Shown here one piece after another: positions 10,006-19,027 of a stretch of 64,000 bases of DNA. The position numbers were made by a program, and so were the translations under genes. This stretch comes from an uncultured Acidimicrobiales bacterium (lineage in GTDB: Bacteria > Actinomycetota > Acidimicrobiia > Acidimicrobiales > UBA10347), in the NCBI GenBank assembly GCA_943788915.1, contig CALSSD010000003.1, positions 322,663 through 386,662 on the forward strand. Reading direction: 5' to 3'. Positions within the stretch are counted from its first letter, which is position 1. Every line of letters begins with the position of its first letter. The notes under the pieces are model-generated. The model made no database searches, was not told the DNA's origin, and saw only the letters and a program-made list of their open reading frames with translations.

Positions 10006-10180
10006 CCCGCTTCTCCTCCGCCGCATCGCTGGACACGGTCGTAGCGGTGCTGTTTCGCAGCGAGGACGTAAGTCCCTGGTTCACCAGCACCGAACTCGTT
10101 AACTTTCGTTCGGTGGTCCGTATGGAGCGAACCACCTTCGCCTCTTGAACGGCGAGCACGAAGAAGAGCAGGTGGCCTCT

Positions 10181-11521
10181 ATGAAATCAGCACTACCTCC
10201 GTTGGTGCGGCGGTCCCTCCAATGGGTTGCAGGCACCGTGCTCGTACTGGTGGCAGTGGCCATGGCGGCATCGAATGCTGGGGCCCAAGACGCCGCGACC
10301 TTTGGTGGTGTCGAGTTCCCGCAGGGTGCCATCTCGTTTGCGGACCGGGTTGTCAGCTATACCGGCGCCGAGGGCGTGATTGCTCCTAACGACGATCCAA
10401 CACGAGCCCTAGGGCCGCCCGACGATGCCGGTGAAATGGTGTCCCTTGGCAACGCCGAGTCCCAGTGCCAGACCTCGTTGGTGCTGGAGTTCGTCGACAA
10501 CTATTTGGTCGACGTCGAGGGAAACGATCTCTGGATCTTCGAAGTGGGACCCGCTGTCGAGGCGACCGAATTGTTCATCAGCACCGACGCGGTCAACTGG
10601 ATCGCGATCGGAAAGGTCGAAGGTTCGACCCGCGGCGCGGACATCGCCGACTTCGTTTCGCCGGGCCAAAAGTTTCCGTTCATCCGTCTGTGTGACTTCC
10701 CCGACGGTGTCACAAGCGGCTCACCTTACGCCGGCCCCGACATCACTGCAGTCGGCGCAATCGGGTCGATAGTCCGCCCGCCCAGCGAACAGACCAACCC
10801 GCCAACGGTCACCGGTGACGGCCAAACAGGTAGCGGCCAAACAGGTAGCGGCCAGACAAGTGGCGGGGTGATTGGTAGCGGCGCTATCGGCTCGACCTAT
10901 CCGCCTCCACCCTTCGGAAGCCCAGAGCCGTGGCCCGTCGACCGGATGACGATCCAAGCAGCGCAACGACAGGTGGTTGCCGGTGGCCGGGTGTGGGTGC
11001 CGGTCTACTTGTTGCGAAGCGACAACGTCGCCAACATCAACTTTGAGATCACCTACGACGCAAGCGTCGCTGTACCCGACGGGGATCTGGTCGCTGGCAA
11101 CCTCCTCGGAGGACGACTGTTCAGCGCCAACCCTGGCGATCCTGGGATCGTAAGAGTCGGCTTCTCCGGCACCGACGGGGTGTTCGGCACCGGCACGGTG
11201 GCCTGGATCCCCTTCCGAGCGGTGGGACAACCCGGTCAGCGGACCGTCCTCTCGGTGACCGTGAGCACGATCAATGAGCCCAACGGCGCAGAACCTCCCA
11301 TCGATCGGATCAACGGCGCAATCATCATCGTCGACGCAAACGGGCTGACACCTGGAGACTGCGACGGAAATGGGTACCTGACCGAATTTGACGCATTCTG
11401 CGCTCTCCAGATGTCCGTGCAACTGCGACCGGTTCAGCTCACGCTCGATATCGACAACGATGGTGCCGTCACCAGCCGCGACGCGACCATCATCTTGCAG
11501 CGAGTAACCGGACGGGCCTGA
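10181..11521 (+). CDS. Secreted protein: signal peptide, uncharacterised N-terminal domain, Gly/Thr/Pro linker, cohesin domain, C-terminal dockerin
   Basis: Signal ending AGA|Q; cohesin-like VWVPVYL...VANINFEITYDAS...ANPGDPGIVRVGF...GTGTVAWIPFRAVG; duplicated Ca-loop dockerin GDCDGNGYLTEFDA...DIDNDGAVTSRDA. Confidence 0.8.
   Translation: MKSALPPLVRRSLQWVAGTVLVLVAVAMAASNAGAQDAATFGGVEFPQGAISFADRVVSYTGAEGVIAPNDDPTRALGPPDDAGEMVSLGNAESQCQTSLVLEFVDNYLVDVEGNDLWIFEVGPAVEATELFISTDAVNWIAIGKVEGSTRGADIADFVSPGQKFPFIRLCDFPDGVTSGSPYAGPDITAVGAIGSIVRPPSEQTNPPTVTGDGQTGSGQTGSGQTSGGVIGSGAIGSTYPPPPFGSPEPWPVDRMTIQAAQRQVVAGGRVWVPVYLLRSDNVANINFEITYDASVAVPDGDLVAGNLLGGRLFSANPGDPGIVRVGFSGTDGVFGTGTVAWIPFRAVGQPGQRTVLSVTVSTINEPNGAEPPIDRINGAIIIVDANGLTPGDCDGNGYLTEFDAFCALQMSVQLRPVQLTLDIDNDGAVTSRDATIILQRVTGRA
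10820..10864 (+). repeat. 15-bp x3 tandem repeat encoding GQTGS linker
   Basis: GGCCAAACAGGTAGC x2 plus GGCCAGACAAGTGGC. Confidence 0.85.
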
Positions 11522-11604
11522 GATCATGAACCGCAGACACCGTCAACCCAGCACATCTCATCACATTCAGCACGACAACCTGTCGGGCAAAAGGCGGAGG
11601 CCTC

Positions 11605-12414
11605 GTGCGACGCTACATCAGCAAAATATTCGTCTCCCTGGTTGCCGTCGTCGCGGTCATGGCCGCGACGTCGAACGCTCAGGCGCAGACACCTGTCAAC
11701 GTACAGGTCGATGCCGTCGAGCTTGAGGCAGGCGCCATCGACACGGTGCCGGTCGTCATCACCGGCGCCGACGGCATCGTGGCCATGCACGTCGAAATCA
11801 CCTATGACCCTGCCGTCCTCCAGTGGGACAGCCTCGAAAACGGCGACTTGTTGTCCTCCAACAGCTTGGTCGAGGTCAACCCAGATACTGCCGGAACAGT
11901 GATCGTTGGTATCGCCACCCTCGAACCGGTCAGCGGTACCGGCCCGCTACTGCTCCCCCGGTTCTCGGTACTGGGTGCCGAAGGCGCCACCGCAACGGTT
12001 GGTCTACAGAACGTTGCAGCTTGGGATGAGAATGGCTTCGATGTCTTGATCCAGACCCAAGACCAGAACCTTGCCATCGCCGGCGGAAGTGGTCCTCCCA
12101 TTCTGTTGATCGCCCTGATCGTCGGTGCCGTCGTCATTATTGGTATCGCAGCGCGGCTGATGAAAGGGCGCCGAACACCTCCAGCCGTTGCACCGACATC
12201 GACCCCGGCAACGGTCGGGCCTGCACCTGGTGCCGCCGGTTCGCAGGTCTTTGTCAACCAACCCGTGACCCTGCTGGACAGTCAACAGAACCCGGTGGGC
12301 CAACTACAGCCGGGTCAGTTCTACACAGTCATGGAAGAAAACGCTGGTTGGTACGCAGTCACCGATGCTGCGGGGAACAGTGGCTGGGTCTCGGCGACCA
12401 TGGTCAACCGGTGA
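11605..12414 (+). CDS. Membrane-anchored cohesin protein with C-terminal SH3-like domain
   Basis: Signal ending AQA|Q; cohesin-like TVPVVITGADGIVAMHVEITYDPAVLQW...GTVIVGIA...SGTGPLLLPRFSVLG; TM ILLIALIVGAVVIIGIAA+RLMKGRR; SH3-like VGQLQPGQFYTVMEENAGWYAV...GNSGWVSA. Confidence 0.75.
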   Translation: MRRYISKIFVSLVAVVAVMAATSNAQAQTPVNVQVDAVELEAGAIDTVPVVITGADGIVAMHVEITYDPAVLQWDSLENGDLLSSNSLVEVNPDTAGTVIVGIATLEPVSGTGPLLLPRFSVLGAEGATATVGLQNVAAWDENGFDVLIQTQDQNLAIAGGSGPPILLIALIVGAVVIIGIAARLMKGRRTPPAVAPTSTPATVGPAPGAAGSQVFVNQPVTLLDSQQNPVGQLQPGQFYTVMEENAGWYAVTDAAGNSGWVSATMVNR

Positions 12415-12490
12415 GCCCATAAGCAACCGGTGAGTGTTGCGTCGACCATCTGAACCCACCTGACAACAACAGTTAGCTGGCGGTTGGCTC

Positions 12491-14173
12491 TCAGGATTCG
12501 CAGCAAGATTCTTCGAGGCGGCAGAAGCACGATGACGTGACGTCGATGTCGGCGCTCTTGGCCGCCTCTGCCAGCTGGGCGGCAATATCGGCGGCTTCAT
12601 CCAGGCGACCAAGCAACTCGCAACACTCGCGATAGCCGTGCAACGCCCACAGATTGCCGGGATGTTGTGATGGTCGGACCAGCGTGTCATCGAGGCCCAA
12701 GTCAGCTCGATACACGGTCGCGGCCTCTTCGACATGGCCCTGCTCGAGCAGCAATGCACCCAGAGCATGGCGTGGTGGCTGCATCCACACCCATGGTTCG
12801 CTGTAATTGAGCTGGTCGTAGAGCTCGACACATCGACGCAGCTCGGCGAAGGCCAGATCAAAGTTGCCCCGGCGGTACTCGAGCTCGCCGGACAACATGG
12901 CTTCGCCCACCTTGAGCATGTCGCGGCTTTCGTTGTTGAACACCTTGCGATCTTCGGGAACGCGATCAAACGCCTGCGCGAACAAGTCCTGCTGATCTGC
13001 AGCCCTCTGGACATCGCCCGAGGCGGCATACGCGACACCCTTGGCGTAGTGCCACAACGCGGTGGTGACACAGAACAGTTCAGGGTCGAGCGGCATGGGT
13101 TCGTCAATGATCTCTTGCCACTTGCCAAAGCGGATGTAGACGTGCACCTTCATGCCGTAGAACGCTTCGAGATAGTTGACGAGGAACTCGTTCTCGTGCT
13201 GCAAGACCTCGGGCGTCACGGTCTCCCAGATCTGGTTGCCAGCCTTCAACGCTGGTTCGTACTGACCCAGAAACATGGCCGAGTACATCTGGAAATGGAT
13301 GTTGTGCAGCATGTAGATCGAGTAGATCCCGACCTCGGGATTGGCTGCCATGTACTTCTCGTCGGCCACGACCGCTTCGACATTCGCATCGAGCGAGTCT
13401 TGGAACTGGCCACACAACACATAGAGGTGCGACGGCATGTGAATCAAGTGCGCAGCATCGGGCACCAGCGACCGCAAAACGTCGGCCTCAGGCAACCCAG
13501 CTTCGGGCGTGGGCGACATCTCCATGATGTGGATCTTGAAGTGCAGCAGACCAGGGTGAGGCGGGCGTTCTTCGGTAGCCGCACGCTCGAGCGCCATATC
13601 GAGTAGTTCGAGCGCCTGAACCGTAGAGGCTCCTTCGGCCGGGCAACGCTTCTCGAGATCCCACAGCTGCCACGGGGTCCGACACATGAGCGCATCGATG
13701 GCCAAGGCCACGACATCGTCGTCGGCCAGGAAACGTTCGGCGACAGCGACCATCGCGTCGGCGTAGTCGTCGTCCCACTGGGCGTAGATCTCCAGGCTGT
13801 CGTTCGCCGGTTCCGGGCAACGGATTGCGTAGGCCGCAATGAGCGCCTGCTCGGCAGCCGATGCGGACGACGCGTGTTCTTGCGCCTGGGCCATGAACCC
13901 GTGCACCTGCTGGTTCACATGTGCACGAAGCGGTGCAGGCATGCGGTCCCATGGGCCGTTGTAGTACGGCCCCAACGAATAGGCAAGACCCCAGTACCCA
14001 ATCGCGCAGGTTGGGTCGAGTTCCACGACCTTCTCGAAACAGCGATGGGCCTCTTCGCGCGAAAACGCGTAGGACCAGTTCAGCCCGCGGTCAAACCACA
14101 CCTGTGCCTCGGCCGAGGATGTGGTGACGATCCGGGTATGGGATCCAAGGTCAAAATCGTAGTCATCGCTCAC
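12491..14173 (-). CDS. TPR-containing conserved protein
   Basis: AQVWFDRGLNWSYAFSREEA, HPGLLHFKIHIME, HLIHMPSHLY, HPGNLWALHG, SSCFCR. Confidence 0.85.
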   Translation of the reverse strand: MSDDYDFDLGSHTRIVTTSSAEAQVWFDRGLNWSYAFSREEAHRCFEKVVELDPTCAIGYWGLAYSLGPYYNGPWDRMPAPLRAHVNQQVHGFMAQAQEHASSASAAEQALIAAYAIRCPEPANDSLEIYAQWDDDYADAMVAVAERFLADDDVVALAIDALMCRTPWQLWDLEKRCPAEGASTVQALELLDMALERAATEERPPHPGLLHFKIHIMEMSPTPEAGLPEADVLRSLVPDAAHLIHMPSHLYVLCGQFQDSLDANVEAVVADEKYMAANPEVGIYSIYMLHNIHFQMYSAMFLGQYEPALKAGNQIWETVTPEVLQHENEFLVNYLEAFYGMKVHVYIRFGKWQEIIDEPMPLDPELFCVTTALWHYAKGVAYAASGDVQRAADQQDLFAQAFDRVPEDRKVFNNESRDMLKVGEAMLSGELEYRRGNFDLAFAELRRCVELYDQLNYSEPWVWMQPPRHALGALLLEQGHVEEAATVYRADLGLDDTLVRPSQHPGNLWALHGYRECCELLGRLDEAADIAAQLAEAAKSADIDVTSSCFCRLEESCCES

Positions 14174-14232
14174 GTAGCCAACCTAGTAGCGAGAACCGGG
14201 TTGACTCGCGGTGTCGTCACTAGGGTGCGGCG

Positions 14233-15076
14233 AAGCGCGGCCTGCCAGTACCGGATCGGACCGAAGACTTCACCGCTGATCCGGTGGAGCTCTTCTTTGA
14301 CCTGGCATTCGTTTATGCGTTCTCCCAACTCGTTGCCCACTTGGTCCACTTCCCTACCTGGGGCGGCGCTGGGGACGCAGCGCTGGTGTTGCTGGTGCTG
14401 TGGTTTGCGTGGTCGATGTTCACATGGGCAGCGAACGCCGTGAGCGGTGACGCACGCGAGGTGCGGTTTGCCTTCTTGATCAGCACCGCCGTATCCGTCC
14501 CTATGGGCGCATCGGTGCAGAGCGCCTTTTCGTCAGGCGGCGGCACCTTTGCGATCTGCGCATCAGTGATCGTTGGGTTAGCTATTGCCCTCCAACTTTG
14601 GGCAACTGCAAGCCTGGGAGACGGCCGGAAGGAACGGCTGACCGTCATTCGATACGGCTTGCCCAACCTGCTCGCCTGCTCGTTGCTGATCGCCGGCGGT
14701 TTTCACCATGACCCATATTCCATTGGTGGCAGGGATCATCACCACCGCAGCCGCTACCGAAGAGATCCTGCTCCACCCCAAAGACGAGGTGCACACGGAG
14801 TTCCTCATCATGTTCGTGGCCGGCATCACGTTGTTCTTTGGCGGCGTGGCCCTCGCTGTCTTTATCTCATTCCGAGCGGTCGCCATCGAACGTCTTGCCA
14901 CCATTGCTTCGATCGCCGTTCTCACCGTGGTTGGCAGCTCCCTCGACGGGGTCACGCTGCTTTTCATCGTCGATGGGTTGATCCTGGTGGGCTTGATCGC
15001 CGAACATCGACGTGTCGAAAACATGCAGCCGGTTACTTCAGAACCCACACCTACCCACGCACGTTCGAAGAAGTAG
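14233..15076 (+). pseudogene. ltrA: Low temperature requirement protein A (LtrA), internally deleted and frameshifted
   Basis: ELFFDLAFVYAFSQL N-terminus; at ~14703 it jumps to another frame carrying the C-terminal HIPLVAGII segment; the central part with ERF is absent; no in-frame start upstream of KRGLPVPDRTEDF. Confidence 0.7.
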
Positions 15077-15246
15077 CGAGACGCGTAGCGCTCGCCGGTG
15101 ATCGCTCATCGACGACCTGAGGCGGGAGTAGCCGCATGAAAGTATTGACCCACTGACAACAACCAGAGGTGTCAACCACTCGAGTGTTGCATCGTGTCGA
15201 TAAATAGCCGCCCAGTGGTTGTTCGATGCCTCTAACCTCTCTGCCC

Positions 15247-16638
15247 ATGAAGTACTTCGACACCCTCACCAACGAAATGGTCGAGTTCGCGCCACGCGAA
15301 CCGGGCAAGGTGTCGATCTACGCCTGCGGGCCAACGGTGTACGACGTACCCCACCTTGGCCACGCTCGTACGGCGCTGACCTACGACGTAATCGCTCGTT
15401 TCCTTCGGTGGCGAGGCTTCGAAGTCACGATGGTGGCCAATATCACCGACATCGATGACAAGATCATCCAGCGGGCCGCGGCCGAAGGCACAACGGAGAC
15501 AGCGATCGCCGAGACCTACACCAAGGCCTACATCGATCAGATGGACCGACTGAACATTGTCCATCCTGAGCACCGTCCCCACGCCACCGAATACGTCGAT
15601 GAGATGCAGGACGTCATCCAGCAGCTGATCGACCGTGAACACGCCTATGTGATCGACGGCCAAGGTGTCTACTTCAGCGTCGCCAGCTTCGAAGACGGCT
15701 ACGGCAAACTCGTACATCGCTCGGCCGAGGATCTCCGCGAAGGAGCTGGCGCCCGAGTCGAGGTCGACGAACGCAAGAAGGACCCCCTCGACTTCGCTCT
15801 GTGGAAGTCGGCCAAACCAGGTGAACCAACCTGGCCCTCCCCATGGGGCGACGGGCGCCCCGGCTGGCACATCGAATGTGTTGCCATGGCACTGGACATC
15901 CTGGGCGATGGCTTCGACCTGCACGGTGGCGGCACCGACCTGGCGTTCCCCCACCATGAGAACGAACGCTCCGAGTCCGAAGCTGCCGGCCACCCTTTCG
16001 CTCGGGGCTGGATCCACTCAGCCATGCTGAACATCGGCGGCGAGAAGATGTCGAAGTCGTTGAACAACTTCAAGACACTCGGCGACGTGCTCGACATGTG
16101 GGACCCGCGAGCGTTGCGGCTCGCCATGTTGCAGACCCATTACCGCAAGGTCATGGAACTCGGCGACGAAGCCATGCAGGGCGCTACCGCTGCTCTCGAC
16201 CGTCTCGATGCGTTCCAGCGCCGGATCAGCGTGCTCAACCTCGATGCCACCGCACCGCTGCAGGCCGACGAGGTTGCCGCATTCACCGAAGCAATGGATC
16301 ATGACTTCGGTGCACCCGCCGCTGTTGCCACCATCTTTGAACTGGTCCGCGCCGGGCACACCGCCGTCGACAACGGTGACCTCGCCGAAGCGGCCAGCAT
16401 CGCGGCCACCATCAGCGAACTGAGCGGTGTGCTTGGTCTTGTCACCACCGGTGGCGAAACCGGCGACGACGACAGCGAGATCGACGACCTCGTCGCCCAA
16501 CGCCAAGCCGCCCGCGACAACAAGGACTTCGCCGAGTCCGATCGCCTCCGCGACGAACTCAACGTTCGTGGTATCGAGGTCGAAGACACCGCCGCCGGCC
16601 CCATCTGGCGCCGCGTCTCACCCACCAACGCAAATTAG
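15247..16638 (+). CDS. cysS: Cysteine--tRNA ligase
   Basis: YACGPTVYDVPHLGHAR, NITDIDDKII, DFALWK, GRPGWHIEC, FPHHENE, KMSKSLNN. Confidence 0.98.
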   Translation: MKYFDTLTNEMVEFAPREPGKVSIYACGPTVYDVPHLGHARTALTYDVIARFLRWRGFEVTMVANITDIDDKIIQRAAAEGTTETAIAETYTKAYIDQMDRLNIVHPEHRPHATEYVDEMQDVIQQLIDREHAYVIDGQGVYFSVASFEDGYGKLVHRSAEDLREGAGARVEVDERKKDPLDFALWKSAKPGEPTWPSPWGDGRPGWHIECVAMALDILGDGFDLHGGGTDLAFPHHENERSESEAAGHPFARGWIHSAMLNIGGEKMSKSLNNFKTLGDVLDMWDPRALRLAMLQTHYRKVMELGDEAMQGATAALDRLDAFQRRISVLNLDATAPLQADEVAAFTEAMDHDFGAPAAVATIFELVRAGHTAVDNGDLAEAASIAATISELSGVLGLVTTGGETGDDDSEIDDLVAQRQAARDNKDFAESDRLRDELNVRGIEVEDTAAGPIWRRVSPTNAN

Positions 16639-16681
16639 GAGCCCTATGTACGAAATAGGTACAGCACGCTCCTAATTTACG
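16625..16681. repeat. Dispersed palindromic (REP-like) element, copy 1
   Basis: CGCAAATTAGGAGC...GCTCCTAATTTACG arms with inner TGTAC/GTACA stem; near-identical copy at ~33097-33147. Confidence 0.8.
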
Positions 16682-16737
16682 TCAACACAGGGCTACGGGC
16701 GGAGCTCGACGGGGCGACGCAGTAACCTCGGCGGCGT

Positions 16738-18813
16738 ATGAGTTACCCCCGCCGCAATGCTGCTACCCAACGATTCACGCTTGGAGCGCCGCGTACATTC
16801 AGTGTGAGTCGCGACGGTCAGCGGATCTTGTTCTGTCGCTCGGCCGCAGGCGATGACCCGGTTAATCGTTTATGGGTCATCGACCTGCCTGAGTCCGAGC
16901 CTCGGCTTCTGGTCGACCCGATTGCGCTGCTCGGGTCCGGCGATATCGAACTAACAACAGCCGAGAAGGCTCGACGCGAACGCGCCCGTGAGGCCGGTGG
17001 CGGCATCGTCACCTACACCACCCACTCTGATCATGGGATCGTGGTGTTCGCGCTCAATGGTGCGCTCTACAAGACCATCATCGCTACTGGCGAGACGATC
17101 GAACTCGACACCGTCGGCGGCGCATTCGACCCCCGGATCTCACCCAACGGCGAGCTTGTGGCCTACCACGCTGCTGGCCAGCTTCGGGTCACTGGTGCCG
17201 ACGGTGATCGGCTGGTAGCGGGCGAAGACCCAGCCGACTCTGCCATCACCTGGGGTGCCGCAGAGTTCGTCGCCGCCGAAGAAATGGGTCGGGGCCGCGG
17301 TTTCTGGTGGGGCCCCGACAGCGACAGCCTGCTGGTTGCACGGGTCGATACCAGCCAGGTCAACCAGTGGTATATCTCTGAGCCCATCGATGCCTCAATC
17401 GCACCCCGTTCGCTCCCCTATCCAGCTGCCGGCACCACCAATGCAACGGTCGACCTTTTCATCATCGGACTCGACGGCAGCCAGACGCCAGTTGATTGGA
17501 GCGGGCGCGAATTCGAATACCTGGCTCGGGCCGACTGGACCAGCCGCAATGGCATCTGGCTCACGGTGCAACCGCGGGACCAGAAGACGACCGCCATTGT
17601 GGCCGTCGACGATCGCTCCGGCGACGTCACGGAACTTCATCGTGACGTCGATCCTGGCTGGTCCGAACTTGTGACCGGCGCACCTCGCCGTTTCGGCGAC
17701 CGCCTGCTCACGGTTGCAGACGACCACGAGACAGACACCCGTCGCCTCTCTGTCGATGGCGAACCCGTCTCCCCCGCCGGCATCCAGCTCCGGTCGATCG
17801 TGTCGGTGTCGGCCACCCACGCCATTGTTGGAGCGACCGACGATGCGACCGAACTACATGTCTTCGAAATTGCTCTCGATGGCAGCGAGACCATAGCGCT
17901 CACGACTACCGCTGGTATTCACCGCTGCGTGGCTGGCGGCGACACGAAGGTCGTCACATCCTCGACGATGCTCGATACCTCTAGCGTCACCACCGTGCAC
18001 GCCCATGGCGCCACGTTCAAGATCGAATCATTCGCCGAACGGCCCGACCTCGAATTCGATGTCAACTTCCATATCAGCACCCCTCGTGCGCTCAACTCCG
18101 CAGTCATCACGCCTGCCAACCACGACGGCGGCTTACTTCCGGTGCTCCTCGACCCCTACGGTGGCCCCCACGCGCTTCGGGTACAAAAAGCGCGGTCAGC
18201 ATTCTCGGCCAGCCAATGGTTTGCCGACCAAGGATTTGTCGTCATCGTGACCGATGGTTCTGGCACGCCAGCTCGTGGCCCCAAGTTCGAACAAGAAGTC
18301 CTGGGCAATATGGCTGACCCGGTTCTCGACGATCAGGTCGAAGCTCTTCATGCCCTGGCCAGGCAGCACGAGGGCCTCATGGATCTCACCCGGGTTGGCA
18401 TCCGCGGCTGGTCCTTTGGCGGCTACCTGGCTGCGCTTGCGGTGTTGAAGCGGCCCGACGTTTTCCACGCTGCCGTGGCGGGTGCCCCCGTGACCGACTG
18501 GCGTCTCTATGACACCCACTACACCGAGAGATACCTCGGGCATCCCGATACCGACGCCGATGCCTACGCACGTACCGACCTCACGCCGCTCGCACCACTT
18601 CTCGAACGGCCGCTCATGCTTATCCATGGACTCGCCGACGACAATGTCGTTTCGGCCCACACTTTTAAGCTCTCCCAGGCTTTACTCGAAGCAGGACGAC
18701 CTCACCAGGTGCTGCCGCTATCCGGCGTCAGCCATATGACGCCGCAAGAGTCAGTCGCCGAGAACCTGCTCAAGCTGCAAGTCGCCTTCCTGCGAGACGC
18801 ACTCGGCGACTAG
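16738..18813 (+). CDS. S9 family dipeptidyl-peptidase IV-like serine peptidase
   Basis: AEFVAAEEM, YGGP, GWSFGG nucleophile, HGLADDNV, H at SGVSHMT. Confidence 0.93.
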   Translation: MSYPRRNAATQRFTLGAPRTFSVSRDGQRILFCRSAAGDDPVNRLWVIDLPESEPRLLVDPIALLGSGDIELTTAEKARRERAREAGGGIVTYTTHSDHGIVVFALNGALYKTIIATGETIELDTVGGAFDPRISPNGELVAYHAAGQLRVTGADGDRLVAGEDPADSAITWGAAEFVAAEEMGRGRGFWWGPDSDSLLVARVDTSQVNQWYISEPIDASIAPRSLPYPAAGTTNATVDLFIIGLDGSQTPVDWSGREFEYLARADWTSRNGIWLTVQPRDQKTTAIVAVDDRSGDVTELHRDVDPGWSELVTGAPRRFGDRLLTVADDHETDTRRLSVDGEPVSPAGIQLRSIVSVSATHAIVGATDDATELHVFEIALDGSETIALTTTAGIHRCVAGGDTKVVTSSTMLDTSSVTTVHAHGATFKIESFAERPDLEFDVNFHISTPRALNSAVITPANHDGGLLPVLLDPYGGPHALRVQKARSAFSASQWFADQGFVVIVTDGSGTPARGPKFEQEVLGNMADPVLDDQVEALHALARQHEGLMDLTRVGIRGWSFGGYLAALAVLKRPDVFHAAVAGAPVTDWRLYDTHYTERYLGHPDTDADAYARTDLTPLAPLLERPLMLIHGLADDNVVSAHTFKLSQALLEAGRPHQVLPLSGVSHMTPQESVAENLLKLQVAFLRDALGD

Positions 18814-19027
18814 CAACCTGAGCCTGTGAGCTAGCTGCCACAACATACGTAAGTCTTCGCAGCGGGCATCGCAGCGGTCATCGACCTCACACGAAGGGCC
18901 GGCTAAGGCAACGCCTGGTCCACGCGGCGGTGCGCACTCTCGGCTGGATCGGAGTTGCGCACGGTGGCACCACTCACGACTTCGGTGCCAAGGCCCGTGC
19001 CTCAAACTCGTGCTCGTTGTACTCGTT

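Noticed and set aside
10181..12414. True cellulosome
   Set aside because: No multi-cohesin scaffoldin, CBM3 or glycoside hydrolase is recognisable in the window
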